Origin: Methanoregula sp.
GTDB lineage: Archaea; Halobacteriota; Methanomicrobia; Methanomicrobiales; Methanospirillaceae
Assembly: GCF_028679125.1 (NCBI RefSeq)
Contig: NZ_JAJRCG010000004.1
Location: 83,017 to 147,016, forward strand
Length of the DNA stretch: 64,000 bases
Direction of reading: 5' to 3'
Part shown: piece after piece, positions 33,301-43,233 of the stretch
Numbering within the stretch: position 1 is the first letter of the stretch
Layout of the letters: each line of letters starts with the position of its first letter
Program-made: the position numbers and the translations under genes
The notes under the pieces: model-generated
Told to the model about the DNA's origin: nothing
Seen by the model: only the letters and a program-made list of their open reading frames with translations
The model's database searches: none

Positions 33301-33398
33301 ACCATGTACATTTCCCCGCATTTGCATAAACGTAATGCTTACGAGCCAGAACGCCAAAGCAATTAACAATAGAAAATCCATCTGATCTGGAGTCTTGT

Positions 33399-34049
33399 AT
33401 GTTTGAACGAATTTCCCGTCGCGAGGAAGCGGATCTCTTTGTTGCCTGGATGGCAATCGCCCTCGCGTTTACCATCATCAATCTCACGCCGTACGGCATC
33501 CTCGGGCCGGTTAACCCGGTCAGCCCGATAAGCGGCCTGATCTATTTCGCGATCGCTCTTTTTACCGTAGGTATCGGGTTCATCCTCCACGAGATGGCCC
33601 ACAAGTTCATGGCCATCCGGTTCGGGTACTGGGCGGAGTTCGTCAAGGACAACTCCATGCTCCTCATCGCCATCGTGATGGCGGCGCTGGTCGGCTTTGT
33701 CTTTGCCGCCCCGGGTGCAACGGTCATCTACTCAAAGGACGGGCGGAGCCTCACCCGCAGGGAAGACGGTCTCATATCGGCGGCAGGCCCGGTCACAAAC
33801 CTTCTCCTCTGCGGTCTCTTTACCGCACTGTTCTTCATTGCCGGTGGGATAACGGCGCTGAAAAGCGGCAATCTGATCGCCATGATCGGCCTTGCCGGTG
33901 TCCAGATCAACGCGATGCTCGCCGCGTTCAATCTCCTGCCGGTCAGCGTGCTTGACGGGCGGAAGGTGCTTGCATGGAACGCCCTGGTATTCATTGTCCT
34001 CATTGCTGCGGCATTCGGGACGCTCGTGGCCTCGTATTATCTCCTCTAA
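33399..34049 (+). CDS. Peptidase M50-like (site-2 protease) membrane metalloprotease
   Basis: HEMAH zinc motif; AGPVTN; FNLLPVSVLDG. Confidence 0.9.
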   Translation: MFERISRREEADLFVAWMAIALAFTIINLTPYGILGPVNPVSPISGLIYFAIALFTVGIGFILHEMAHKFMAIRFGYWAEFVKDNSMLLIAIVMAALVGFVFAAPGATVIYSKDGRSLTRREDGLISAAGPVTNLLLCGLFTALFFIAGGITALKSGNLIAMIGLAGVQINAMLAAFNLLPVSVLDGRKVLAWNALVFIVLIAAAFGTLVASYYLL

Positions 34050-34106
34050 TCCCCCGCAAATCTTTTTTTCTCCGAAGAAATCATCCGGAACGATCTGATA
34101 TATCAG

Positions 34107-34209
34107 GGACATCTCCCGTTGCGATGACGAGGAATTACCGGTGCCCTGTCACGGAGCATCGCACTGCGCCCCGTCTCCCCCGGGGACTGGTGGCGTAAAA
34201 TAGGGGGTC
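34107..34209 (+). repeat. Dispersed structured repeat, copy A (lacks the 5' hairpin)
   Basis: GGACATCTCCCGTTGCGATG...CATCGCA.CTGCGCCCCGTC..GGGGACTGGTGGCGT..GGGGG. Confidence 0.85.
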
Positions 34210-34253
34210 GTATACAAAGGGAAAAATGTTTTTCAAAACCGCACTTTTTTATT

Positions 34254-34868
34254 TCAGATGCCCTGCTGAGTTTTCAGTTTCTCTATCTCCGCAACAATTG
34301 TCTGCCCCTTCCGGAATGCATCGGCAAGAGCCGTCGGGTGGTTTTTGATCCCCTTGTGCTCATCCATGTTGTTGGCAACGATGTTGCCATAGTATTCGAA
34401 ACCGGCATCATGGAAGAGGGCGGTGAGCGACGGGTATGCCCCGTCGAAGACATTGTCCCGGTTCTGGCCGGCAGTGGAGATGAAGATCCCCTTGTGCCGG
34501 GCAAGGTGTTCAGGAGAAAATTCGAGTGTCTTTGTCACGAACCGCCGGGCCCAGAGAAACTGGCCCCGGTCAATGAACCCCTTGAGCTGGGCGGTGATCC
34601 CCATGCTGTAGATCGGGGAGGCAACGACAACGCAATCGGCAGCCATCATCCTTTCAAAGAGCGGAATGGCATCGTCCTTAACGATACATTCGCCATCCTT
34701 GTGGCAGGCATTACAGCCCCGGCAGGCCGAGTAGTCGAGATCCTTCAAGACAACCTTCTCAACCACTGCCCCGGCCGAGCGTGCCCCGTCAAGGAAACTG
34801 TCGAGCAGGGTCTCGGTGTTCCCATGCCGGTGCGGGCTTCCCGATATTCCAAGAACGGTAACGGTCAT
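34254..34868 (-). CDS. Iron-sulfur flavoprotein (Isf/flavodoxin family)
   Basis: GSPHRHGNT, CRGCNAC...C, ASPIY. Confidence 0.92.
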   Translation of the reverse strand: MTVTVLGISGSPHRHGNTETLLDSFLDGARSAGAVVEKVVLKDLDYSACRGCNACHKDGECIVKDDAIPLFERMMAADCVVVASPIYSMGITAQLKGFIDRGQFLWARRFVTKTLEFSPEHLARHKGIFISTAGQNRDNVFDGAYPSLTALFHDAGFEYYGNIVANNMDEHKGIKNHPTALADAFRKGQTIVAEIEKLKTQQGI

Positions 34869-34880
34869 GTCAGCATCACC

Positions 34881-35495
34881 TCAGGCTGCGAGCCGTTTCC
34901 TGATCTCAGCGATCATGGTCTTCCCGAGCTGTACTGCATCGGCCTGTGCGGTCGGGTGCGTCCCGATTGCACCCTTCTCGTCAACATGGTTGATCATCAG
35001 GTAACTGATATCCGCATCCCTGATGTCGATCACGTGATAGAAGCACTTGACGGACGGAATGGCTGCATCGAAGACATGCGGCCAGTCCTGTCCGGCGCTC
35101 GCGAGGAATGCCCCGAGCCGTTTCCCTTTCCGTTCGGGAGGAATGACCGGGAGCCTGAGCACGTACTTCCGCGACCGGAAGACCTGCATGCGATCGATCA
35201 GTGCCTTGGCCGGGGCAGCGATGCCCATGCAGTAGATCGGGGCGGAGAGGAGAATGATATCCGCATCGATGATCTTGTCGTGATAGATATCCATCCCGTC
35301 CCGCTGGATGCATTTATTCAGTTTCTCGCAGGCATTGCACCCGCGACAGATATTGATATTTGCCTCGGTGAGCGCAGCTTTTTCCACGGAGACTTCCGGG
35401 TCCTCTGCCATCGATGCGAGCACCCAGTCGAGCAGCATCTCAGAGTTCCCGTGCCGGCGCGGGCTCCCGGCAAAGGCGAGGACCTTGATTGTCAT
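34881..35495 (-). CDS. Iron-sulfur flavoprotein (Isf/flavodoxin family)
   Basis: GSPRRHGNS, CRGCNAC...C, SAPIY. Confidence 0.92.
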   Translation of the reverse strand: MTIKVLAFAGSPRRHGNSEMLLDWVLASMAEDPEVSVEKAALTEANINICRGCNACEKLNKCIQRDGMDIYHDKIIDADIILLSAPIYCMGIAAPAKALIDRMQVFRSRKYVLRLPVIPPERKGKRLGAFLASAGQDWPHVFDAAIPSVKCFYHVIDIRDADISYLMINHVDEKGAIGTHPTAQADAVQLGKTMIAEIRKRLAA

Positions 35496-35618
35496 CACTC
35501 TCTTGTTGTCATCGTGCTGTAAAAAAGATGTGGATACTGCCGGTGGACTGGTGCGGGGAGGCCCCGGCATCTTTTCGTGAAGACGTGGTTCGAGAACCTC
35601 CACCCCCCACCAACGCCC

Positions 35619-36284
35619 TCACTCCCGGGTCTGGTCAGCCGGCCTGCCTGTGCTGTAGTGTGCATTCCGGAACCGGATCAGCTCGTCGCAGAACTCGCCT
35701 AAGTAATCATCCATGGAGAGGCTGCCCTCTTCAAAGATACAGTCCCCCTCCTCAATGACCTTGTTGATCATGTCCCGGGTGGGGAGGATGAGATCGATCT
35801 TCACGCCGGATTTTGCCGATCCCCGGATCAGCGCCTCGCGGAAGAGCCCGATGCAGTACGCGATCCGGAACGTGTACGTGTCCTTCGTCTTTTCAAGATA
35901 CCCGGCAACGCGGTCGGTCTCGATGCGGAGGAAGTCCTCGAGAATTTTTTTGTCTTTGCACTTCCCGAGCATGTACTTGTAATGGGCGTACGGGTACATT
36001 GTTTCGAGTTCCGCGGGAACGATCCCGCAGGTGCCGAAGATGACAAGATGGTACTGCGGTTCACAAAAGACCTGCGAGATTACCATCCGGATCAGCTGGT
36101 GGCTCGGGCTGGCGCTGTACGGTTTCCTCACCGCACAGGGCATGAAGATGGCGATGTCCTTGTGCGCAACATCGTACTCGTCGATGATGTACCGGTACGA
36201 CTGTTCGAACTCCGGGAGATAGAATGGCGGATCCGTGAGGATCGGCCTCGTGCTGTTCTTCCCCTCCGGTTCCTGATCAGCCAT
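35619..36284 (-). CDS. Stand-alone ArcS/TGT-C-like (DUF5591-like) domain protein
   Basis: MPCAVRKPYSASPSH and GIVPAELETMYPYAHY resemble the archaeosine synthase C-terminal domain. Confidence 0.75.
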   Translation of the reverse strand: MADQEPEGKNSTRPILTDPPFYLPEFEQSYRYIIDEYDVAHKDIAIFMPCAVRKPYSASPSHQLIRMVISQVFCEPQYHLVIFGTCGIVPAELETMYPYAHYKYMLGKCKDKKILEDFLRIETDRVAGYLEKTKDTYTFRIAYCIGLFREALIRGSAKSGVKIDLILPTRDMINKVIEEGDCIFEEGSLSMDDYLGEFCDELIRFRNAHYSTGRPADQTRE

Positions 36285-36366
36285 CGTCTTCCATACCAGA
36301 TCGCCCCGGAAGCAGATGAAACCCGCGATCCCCCGGGAAGTAAAAATAAAATAAAAATTTCCGGAA

Positions 36367-37011
36367 TTAAATGTTCTTGTAACAGAGGTACCAGTCCTTG
36401 TACTCGTACCCCTCGCTCTGCCTCTTCTCCATCTCGGCCGCGGTCTTTGGCGGCGCCACGACAACCTTGTCGCCCGGCTGCCAGTTGGCCGGTGTCGAGA
36501 CCTTGTACTTGTCCGTGGTCTGGAGCGCTTTTACAAGCCGGATGATCTCGGGCATGTACCTCCCGTTCTGGAGGGGATAGTAGATCATGGCCCGCATGAT
36601 CCCCTTGTCGTCAATGAAGAAGACACACCGGACCGCGGCGGTCGTGCTCTGGCCCGGGTGGATCATCCCGTACTTCCCTGCCACCTTCATGTTCAGGTCG
36701 GCAATGATCGGGAAGGGGATCTGCACTCCCATCTTCTCCTTTATATCGTGCACCCAGCCCAGGTGGGACGAGACGCTGTCCACCGAGAGGCCGAGCAGCT
36801 GCACATTCAGCGCTGCGAGTTCGTCATGGATGGCAGCGAATGCCAGGAACTCGGTGGTGCAGACCGGCGTGAAATCCGCCGGGTGGGAGAAGAGTACCAC
36901 CCACTTCCCTTTCAGGCTGGAGAGCGAGATCGGGCCGTGGGTAGTCTCTGCCGTAAAGTCCGGGGCAGGCTCGCCGAGGACCGGGAATGAAATGCATTCC
37001 TCAGATTCCAT
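36367..37011 (-). CDS. Peroxiredoxin (Prx6/1-Cys-like)
   Basis: LFSHPADFTPVCTTE, TPANWQPG. Confidence 0.96.
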   Translation of the reverse strand: MESEECISFPVLGEPAPDFTAETTHGPISLSSLKGKWVVLFSHPADFTPVCTTEFLAFAAIHDELAALNVQLLGLSVDSVSSHLGWVHDIKEKMGVQIPFPIIADLNMKVAGKYGMIHPGQSTTAAVRCVFFIDDKGIMRAMIYYPLQNGRYMPEIIRLVKALQTTDKYKVSTPANWQPGDKVVVAPPKTAAEMEKRQSEGYEYKDWYLCYKNI

Positions 37012-37024
37012 CGCGGAGTCCTCC

Positions 37025-37438
37025 TTACTTCTTCATCACGTCATCGAGCTGGGCCTTGCCGTACACATAGGCAGGCATACCCGAGAGAAGGAACGTGACG
37101 CGGAGCGCCTCTTCCACCTCTGCCTTGGTGACGCCGATAGCAGCAGCACCGGCAATCTGGGCGCGGACCGCATGCTGATCGCGGAGGGCGGCGGCGATCG
37201 CAATCGCGATAATCTTCTTGGTCTGCTTCGTGAGCTTGCCATCATCCCAGATGTGGTTCTCGAACTTCATCACGAGATCGAACATCTCGGGATCGTTTGT
37301 CGTCAGCTCCCTGAAGAACTTCGGGACTTTCCCGATCTGCTTCTCAAGATGTCTGAGATCTTTTCCCGTTGCCGCTGCCTTTCCGGCAACCGGCTTCTTT
37401 GCCGGTGCCTTCTTTACCATCGGTTTTTTTACTGCCAT
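37025..37438 (-). CDS. Carboxymuconolactone decarboxylase (AhpD-like) family protein
   Basis: LTKQTKKIIAIAIAAAL...HAVRAQIAGAAAIGVTKAEVEEAL. Confidence 0.85.
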   Translation of the reverse strand: MAVKKPMVKKAPAKKPVAGKAAATGKDLRHLEKQIGKVPKFFRELTTNDPEMFDLVMKFENHIWDDGKLTKQTKKIIAIAIAAALRDQHAVRAQIAGAAAIGVTKAEVEEALRVTFLLSGMPAYVYGKAQLDDVMKK

Positions 37439-37441
37439 TTT

Positions 37442-37567
37442 TTACTCCTCCAGTTGCATGGGTTCGCCGCAGCAGATCAGTTCTCCGCCGCCGGCTTCCT
37501 TTACAACAACCACATTTCCGCAGATCTCACACCTGAAGACCTGCCCATCCCTGGATACGTTCACCAT
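37442..37567 (-). CDS. Stand-alone desulfoferrodoxin FeS4 (desulforedoxin-like) domain, 41 aa
   Basis: [10 protein letters not shown]...[10 protein letters not shown]. Confidence 0.85.
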   Translation of the reverse strand: MVNVSRDGQVFRCEICGNVVVVKEAGGGELICCGEPMQLEE

Positions 37568-37691
37568 AATGACTGTGCTCCCCTTAAGGTAATTCCTGGT
37601 GCCGGGCTCTGCACTGCTGCATTCAGCCGGCTGCTGCCGGAACCCGGCACCAGTGTTCATACCATGGTACCCTGCGTGAAAAAATAAGGAA

Positions 37692-37943
37692 TTACAGGGA
37701 TTTCTTACCGCGTTTCGGCGGGTGCATTGCATCTTCCGGCGTCTTTATGTCCGGGCGGATGTGGGTCATCGGGAAGCACTGGTACTCTGCGCAGGAGCAT
37801 GCCGGACATTTCCGTAAGTCCTGCTCGGTCTTGTCGAGGGTCAGTTCCTTTCCGCAGTCAATACAGACATATTTTCCCGGGCCGACCTTCTGGCCTGCAC
37901 TGTAGGTCTTCTCTTCAGTCAAACGTAACACCAAACGTTCCAT
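37692..37943 (-). CDS. Zinc-ribbon protein
   Basis: [11 protein letters not shown]...CPAC. Confidence 0.75.
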   Translation of the reverse strand: MERLVLRLTEEKTYSAGQKVGPGKYVCIDCGKELTLDKTEQDLRKCPACSCAEYQCFPMTHIRPDIKTPEDAMHPPKRGKKSL

Positions 37944-38060
37944 TCACGTGGCAGATATATATGGATTGTGTTGATACCAATCCGGGCAGCCTGATCCACT
38001 GACGGCCGGAGCGGATACCACGGGCAAAACTATATGACCTCTTTTCCCTCCAGTTGTAGT

Positions 38061-38654
38061 ATGGCCGGCAGGATTATCGGGATACTCGGGAGCCCCCTCC
38101 CTGAGGGAAATACAGCCCGCCTGCTGGTACAGGCGTTAAACGGGGCACGGGATGCCGGCTGCACCGTGGAAACGATCGCCGTATCGAACCTCTGTTTCGA
38201 AGACTGCCAGGAGATGTTGTTCTGCAGGGATCACGAGACCTGCATCATGGATGACGACATGCAGCAGCTGTACCCGAAGCTGCGCGAGGCAGACGGGATC
38301 ATTCTTGCCACACCCATCATGTTCATGGGCATCCCCGGGAAACTCAAGTCCTTCATGGACCGCTGCCAGGTATTCTACATGGCGAAGTACGAGCGGAAAA
38401 ATTCCCTTGTTCCTGCTGAAAAGAGGGCGAACCGAAGGGCACTCTTCATCTGCATCTCCGGCATGAAGGTCCCGGAGGTGTTTGTCGGTGCCAAGCTGAC
38501 AACAAAGGCGTTCCTCGACATCATCGACTGCCAGTACGGGGACGAGCTGCTGGTCAGCGACATGGACACCCTCCGCGATGTCACGCAGCAGCCGGTTCTC
38601 ATGGAGACCGCGTACGCCAGGGGCCTGGCTCTCGGTAAGGCACTCAACCCGTAA
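38061..38654 (+). CDS. Flavodoxin/Isf family protein
   Basis: GSPLPEGNT, CQEMLFC...C, ATPIMF. Confidence 0.9.
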   Translation: MAGRIIGILGSPLPEGNTARLLVQALNGARDAGCTVETIAVSNLCFEDCQEMLFCRDHETCIMDDDMQQLYPKLREADGIILATPIMFMGIPGKLKSFMDRCQVFYMAKYERKNSLVPAEKRANRRALFICISGMKVPEVFVGAKLTTKAFLDIIDCQYGDELLVSDMDTLRDVTQQPVLMETAYARGLALGKALNP

Positions 38655-38676
38655 TTTGCATTCTCTCTCACTCTTT

Positions 38677-39339
38677 TCAGACCAGCCCGCGTTCCCGCAT
38701 GCTCAGGTGCCCTGCCTTCGTCACGATCAGGTGATCGATGAGCTGGATGCCCACGAGCGATCCAGCTTCCTTGAGCTGGGCGGTGATCGCGATATCCTGG
38801 GAGCTCGGCTCAAGGGAGCCCGAGGGGTGGTTGTGCACGCAGATGATCGATGCGGCCCTGTCCGTGATCGCATCGGCAAAGACCTCTCGCGGGTGGACGA
38901 GGCTGTGATTCAGGAGCCCGACCGTGATGACCCGGTTACCCAGCACCTCGCCCGCTCCGTTGAGGGTGATGCAGCAGAAGTGCTCCTGCCGCTTGTCCCG
39001 GAGGTGGGCGACAAGAGGGAGTATGTCGTCGGGCCTCGTCACCCTCCCACCCGCAGGTTCCGGTGCAAAATACCGTCGCCCCATCTCAAAACAGGCCAGG
39101 ATCTGCGATGCCTTCGTAGGACCGATCCCCTCGATTGCCCGGATATCATCGTACCTGATCTCCTTCTTCTCCCGGAGGATCCCGCATACCTCTTTTGCGA
39201 GTTCCCGCACGTCCCGCTGCCGGGTACCCCTCCCGATGATCGCCTCCATCAGCTCCGTGTCCGAGAGTGCACCGGCACCTTTCCGGGCAATCTTCTCGCG
39301 GGGCCGGTCCAGGAGCGGTACATCTCTCATCTTCTTCAT
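38677..39339 (-). CDS. radC: RadC-family JAB-domain protein
   Basis: DRPREK, GIGPTKA HhH, HPREVF, HNHPSG..PS.QD, DHLIV. Confidence 0.95.
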   Translation of the reverse strand: MKKMRDVPLLDRPREKIARKGAGALSDTELMEAIIGRGTRQRDVRELAKEVCGILREKKEIRYDDIRAIEGIGPTKASQILACFEMGRRYFAPEPAGGRVTRPDDILPLVAHLRDKRQEHFCCITLNGAGEVLGNRVITVGLLNHSLVHPREVFADAITDRAASIICVHNHPSGSLEPSSQDIAITAQLKEAGSLVGIQLIDHLIVTKAGHLSMRERGLV

Positions 39340-39500
39340 CGGCAAACGGTCTCCCTCTCCTTCATTTCGGGTCCACCCTCTCGTATGATAACGATTCACT
39401 TTTATTTAATTTAAATTATCCCGTTCAATTAATGATCACGTTTCCATCCAAGTGCCTCATAAAGAATATTTAAATGACCTCTTCTCCATACCATTTCAGT

Positions 39501-40004
39501 ATGGCAACCATTGACAATGCAAAGGAGGCATTTGCCGGCGAATCGCAGGCAAACCGGAAATATCTCGCGTTTTCCGAGAAGGCCGCCGAGGAAGGATTCA
39601 GGAGCGTGGCAACGCTCTTCAAGGCAGCGTCTGAGGCCGAGGCCATCCATGCAAAGAAGCTGTTAAAGGTGATCTCGGCGGTTGGCACCACTGCCCAGAA
39701 TCTTGAAGGGGGTATCGCAGGAGAGACCGATGAGTTCACTACCATGTACCCGGGATTCCTCAAAACTGCCGAGGAAGAGAAGAAGACCGATGCGATCCTC
39801 GCGTTCACCCATGCAATGAAGGCAGAGCAGGTCCATGCCGGGCTGTACAAGAAAGCCCTTGATGCCATCAGGGCGGGTCACGATCTCGGGAGAGAGAAGG
39901 TGTTTCTCTGCCCGGTCTGCGGAAACATCGAGCTCGGCAAGGCTCCCGACAAATGCCCGATCTGCGGTGTCTTTGCCAAGCAGTTCCGGGAGATCACCCT
40001 CTAA
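39501..40004 (+). CDS. Rubrerythrin
   Basis: AFAGESQANRKY, EAIHA, EQVHA, CPVCG..CPICG. Confidence 0.95.
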   Translation: MATIDNAKEAFAGESQANRKYLAFSEKAAEEGFRSVATLFKAASEAEAIHAKKLLKVISAVGTTAQNLEGGIAGETDEFTTMYPGFLKTAEEEKKTDAILAFTHAMKAEQVHAGLYKKALDAIRAGHDLGREKVFLCPVCGNIELGKAPDKCPICGVFAKQFREITL

Positions 40005-41383
40005 TCTTTTTCTTCGCTCTTCTCACCGTTACCGGGTGTTTCTCCGGTCTCGTTGGATCCGGCGGGTGCCGGTTCCTGCTGATGGTTTGCAGATTTGCGC
40101 CGGTGTATCCAGATTGCGACCACCAGTATTGCTATCAGGGTCGCCCACGATGCTGAATAGATCACGATGCTGGGATTGACGAGCAGGGTCTTGGGGATGT
40201 CAATCGGTGGTGACGGGGGTGTTGCAATGCACTGGAACACGACCTCGACACTGGCCGGGAACCGGTATTCTCCGTCAAAATACCGGAGGTATACCGTGGC
40301 ATTACCGGAGGGGATCACACCTTCTACCGGTGTATTGTGGGTGTTCGGGAAGGCAATCGACCGGTCAACGCGTTTTGTCCCGTCTGCGATCTCGACATAC
40401 CATGCGTCCGGGTATGATGAAGAGAAGAGATCGCGTGCCCCGACTACCAGTTTCGATCCCGCCGGCACGGAAACCTGCACGGTCCCGTTGGTGGTTTTGT
40501 CGGGGAACACGAAGGTCCTGGTTGCCGTCTCCCCGTTATTGAGCTGTACGGAACCGGAAACGATCCCGGGGAACGTGGCGGTTGCATTCGCCGGCGCGGC
40601 GTGGATGGTTCCCGGCTCCGCGGAGCAGAGGAACCGGTCATCCATCGCCTGGCTGTATCCCAGTGCCGTATCGTAGATCCTGACCTCATCGAGCCCGCCC
40701 TTCAGGTATCGGGGACTGACGGTGTCCGGGAAGGTCTGCGTCCCGGCATCGGCCCCGAGAAGGACATAGTTGGCATACTCGTAGTGGATGTCGCCCGTTG
40801 CATTGACGCGGTTTCTCAGTGCCCCGTCAAGATAGATCTTTGCGGTCTCGCCGTCATAGGTTCCGGTGACATGATGCCACTGGCCGGGCGTGATCCCCTC
40901 GTGCTGTACCGGCACGGTGACCAGACCGGACTTCTCCGTATTGATGACCCACCACAGGTCGTTCCCGTCTCCGAACCCTAACCAGTACCCGCCGTCCTCA
41001 TACGTGGAGATCAGCGTCTGGGGCTCGAACGAGTCCACGTAGAACCAGGTGGATACGGTGATCGCCTTCGCCGGGTGGTTCAGCGATGTGTGGGGGATGC
41101 TGACGTACTCCCCGGTGCCGTTGAACAGCAGTGCCCCCCCGCACCCGCCGCTTCCGGTACGTATGGCCCCGACCGTTGTCCCGGCGTTCCCGTGGCCGGA
41201 TGCATCGAGGAGCGTGAGGCCGCTTCCCTCATTGAAGTCGAGATACAGGGCCGGGTTGGCCGGTGTTCCCGCTGCAGCGGAGGCGGCATGAGCGCTGCCG
41301 GCGAGAGCCAGGAGCACGATGCCAAGGGTGAGAATCTGCCGCATCCTCCGGACGAAGGGGTCGACGTACATGGTAGTTACCAA
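40001..41383 (-). CDS. Secreted LamG/concanavalin-A-like domain protein with C-terminal TM
   Basis: YLDFNEG, WHHVTGTYDG..KIYLDG, GGLDEVRIY. Confidence 0.88.
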   Translation of the reverse strand: MVTTMYVDPFVRRMRQILTLGIVLLALAGSAHAASAAAGTPANPALYLDFNEGSGLTLLDASGHGNAGTTVGAIRTGSGGCGGALLFNGTGEYVSIPHTSLNHPAKAITVSTWFYVDSFEPQTLISTYEDGGYWLGFGDGNDLWWVINTEKSGLVTVPVQHEGITPGQWHHVTGTYDGETAKIYLDGALRNRVNATGDIHYEYANYVLLGADAGTQTFPDTVSPRYLKGGLDEVRIYDTALGYSQAMDDRFLCSAEPGTIHAAPANATATFPGIVSGSVQLNNGETATRTFVFPDKTTNGTVQVSVPAGSKLVVGARDLFSSSYPDAWYVEIADGTKRVDRSIAFPNTHNTPVEGVIPSGNATVYLRYFDGEYRFPASVEVVFQCIATPPSPPIDIPKTLLVNPSIVIYSASWATLIAILVVAIWIHRRKSANHQQEPAPAGSNETGETPGNGEKSEEKD

Positions 41384-41479
41384 TGGTGTATTTGGATTCG
41401 GTGAAAAAGAAGATTGCGATGGAAACGGCTTTTGTCCCTGTCAGTATGTTTATATTTTCCCGGAACCTTTTACGGGTTG

Positions 41480-42631
41480 ATGAGCAAAGTCACCGTGTAT
41501 TCGACCCAGAACTGCCCGTACTGCCGGATGGCCAAGGCGTTCCTTGAGAAGAACGGCGTGTCGTACGAGAGCATCGATGTTGGTGCTGATGAGAAGGCAG
41601 CAAAGAAGATGATCGAGCTCTCGGGGCAGCGGGGAGTCCCGGTCATTACGGTGGACGATAAAGTGATTGTCGGGTTCGATGCCCGGCGGCTCAACGAGCT
41701 CTTTGGCAGCACCGCTATGCCGGATGTCCATGATGTCCTGATTGTCGGTGCCGGCCCGGCGGGGCTGACGGCCGGGGTGTACTGCTCCCGGAAGATGCTC
41801 AATACCATGATCGTCACCGAGAATATCGGGGGGCAGGCGCTGGAGTCGTGGGCGATCGAGAACTACATGGGCTACCGGATGATCTCGGGCGAGGACCTGA
41901 TGAAGAAGTTCGAGGAGCAGGCGCGGATGCTCCACATCCGGCTGGAGCTGGACCGGGTCGTCTCCGCTGCACGGGAAGACGACCTCTTCGTGGTAACGAC
42001 TGCTTCAGGGAACAGGATACAGGCACGGGCGCTGATCCTCACGCAGGGGAACAAGCCGAAGAAGCTGGGCGTGGCAGACGAGGATAAGTATCTCGGCCGG
42101 GGCCTCTCGATCTGCGCTACCTGCGACGGCCCGCTCTACAAGGGGAAGCGGGTTGCGGTGGTGGGCGGCGGGAACGCTGCGCTCCAGACCGCACTCGAGA
42201 TGAGCAAGCTCGCAGCATCGGTGATCCTGATCGTCCGGAGCACCATCAGGGCGGACCCGCTCTATGTTGAGAAACTGAACGCGATACCCAACATCATCGT
42301 GCACAAGCAGTCGCAGGTTGCGGCACTTCACGGGGACACGTTCCTCTCCGGCATCACCATCAAAGATGAGAAGGGCGCTGAACAGGTGATCGATCTCGAC
42401 GCGGTTTTCATCGAGATCGGGTGGCTCCCGAACACGGAGATGGTGGAAGGTCTGGTGGACCTGAACGAGAAGAAGGAGATCATCGTGGATATCAATGGCC
42501 GTACCAGTGCGCCCGGCATCTTTGCGGCCGGGGACGTGACCAATGTCCGGAGCAAGCAGATCATCATCGCGTCCGGTGAAGGGGCGAAGGCGGCGCTTGA
42601 GGCGTACGAGTACCTGGGGCAGCAACGCTGA
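41480..42631 (+). CDS. Glutaredoxin (NrdH-like)-thioredoxin reductase fusion
   Basis: N-terminal CPYC/GVPV; GAGPAG, CATCDG, VGGGNA, GIFAAGD. Confidence 0.93.
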   Translation: MSKVTVYSTQNCPYCRMAKAFLEKNGVSYESIDVGADEKAAKKMIELSGQRGVPVITVDDKVIVGFDARRLNELFGSTAMPDVHDVLIVGAGPAGLTAGVYCSRKMLNTMIVTENIGGQALESWAIENYMGYRMISGEDLMKKFEEQARMLHIRLELDRVVSAAREDDLFVVTTASGNRIQARALILTQGNKPKKLGVADEDKYLGRGLSICATCDGPLYKGKRVAVVGGGNAALQTALEMSKLAASVILIVRSTIRADPLYVEKLNAIPNIIVHKQSQVAALHGDTFLSGITIKDEKGAEQVIDLDAVFIEIGWLPNTEMVEGLVDLNEKKEIIVDINGRTSAPGIFAAGDVTNVRSKQIIIASGEGAKAALEAYEYLGQQR

Positions 42632-42985
42632 AGGAACAATGGGATCGTTTGCCCGGATTTTTTTGAAATTTTTTCCGGTTTTTAGATTTTCAACCGGGCT
42701 CTTTGAGAAATAAAAAATTCGGACAGATGATTCTGGAAATGTTTTTTGGTGCCGGGATTTTCCGGAGGTGCCTGAACCCTGTTTGCAGATCCAAGGCAGG
42801 ACCCCGGATGGATCCCCTCCGGGTGGGTTCAGCCCCCCTTCCCCGACAGGGTTTACCGTCGGAGAACCTTCTCCCGGGGAGTACCTCTCCTGCCCAATAC
42901 CCATGTTTTTCAAATCTGGCTCTTTTTGCCAAACAGAGTCCATTTTAACCGAATTTATCCGGCCCCTGAAATTTAGGGTAACCGA

Positions 42986-43089
42986 AAAACTTCGTAATTC
43001 ACCTAAAACACCCTGCTAATTCATTTTAAATCGCGCTATACTCGCCCGGATTCCAAATTTTTACGCCGGAGGGGCAAAACTTCGTAATT
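42986..43089 (+). repeat. 14-bp direct repeat AAAACTTCGTAATT x2
   Basis: Exact copies at 42986-42999 and 43076-43089. Confidence 0.7.
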
Positions 43090-43233
43090 AGACCCTGTGT
43101 AATTCCACGATCAGGGAGGGGAATGAGGTAAAACACGTGTTACGGGAAGGTGGATCGGTGGATCCGGAGTGATCCGTGATCCTGGACGATCGTGCAGAAA
43201 TCCGTTATAAAAAAAACCGGGACTTAAAAAAAA

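Noticed and set aside
34095-34106. Perfect 12-bp palindrome CTGATATATCAG just 5' of repeat copy A
   Set aside because: Single occurrence, not seen at the other copies; cannot be distinguished from chance or a local operator
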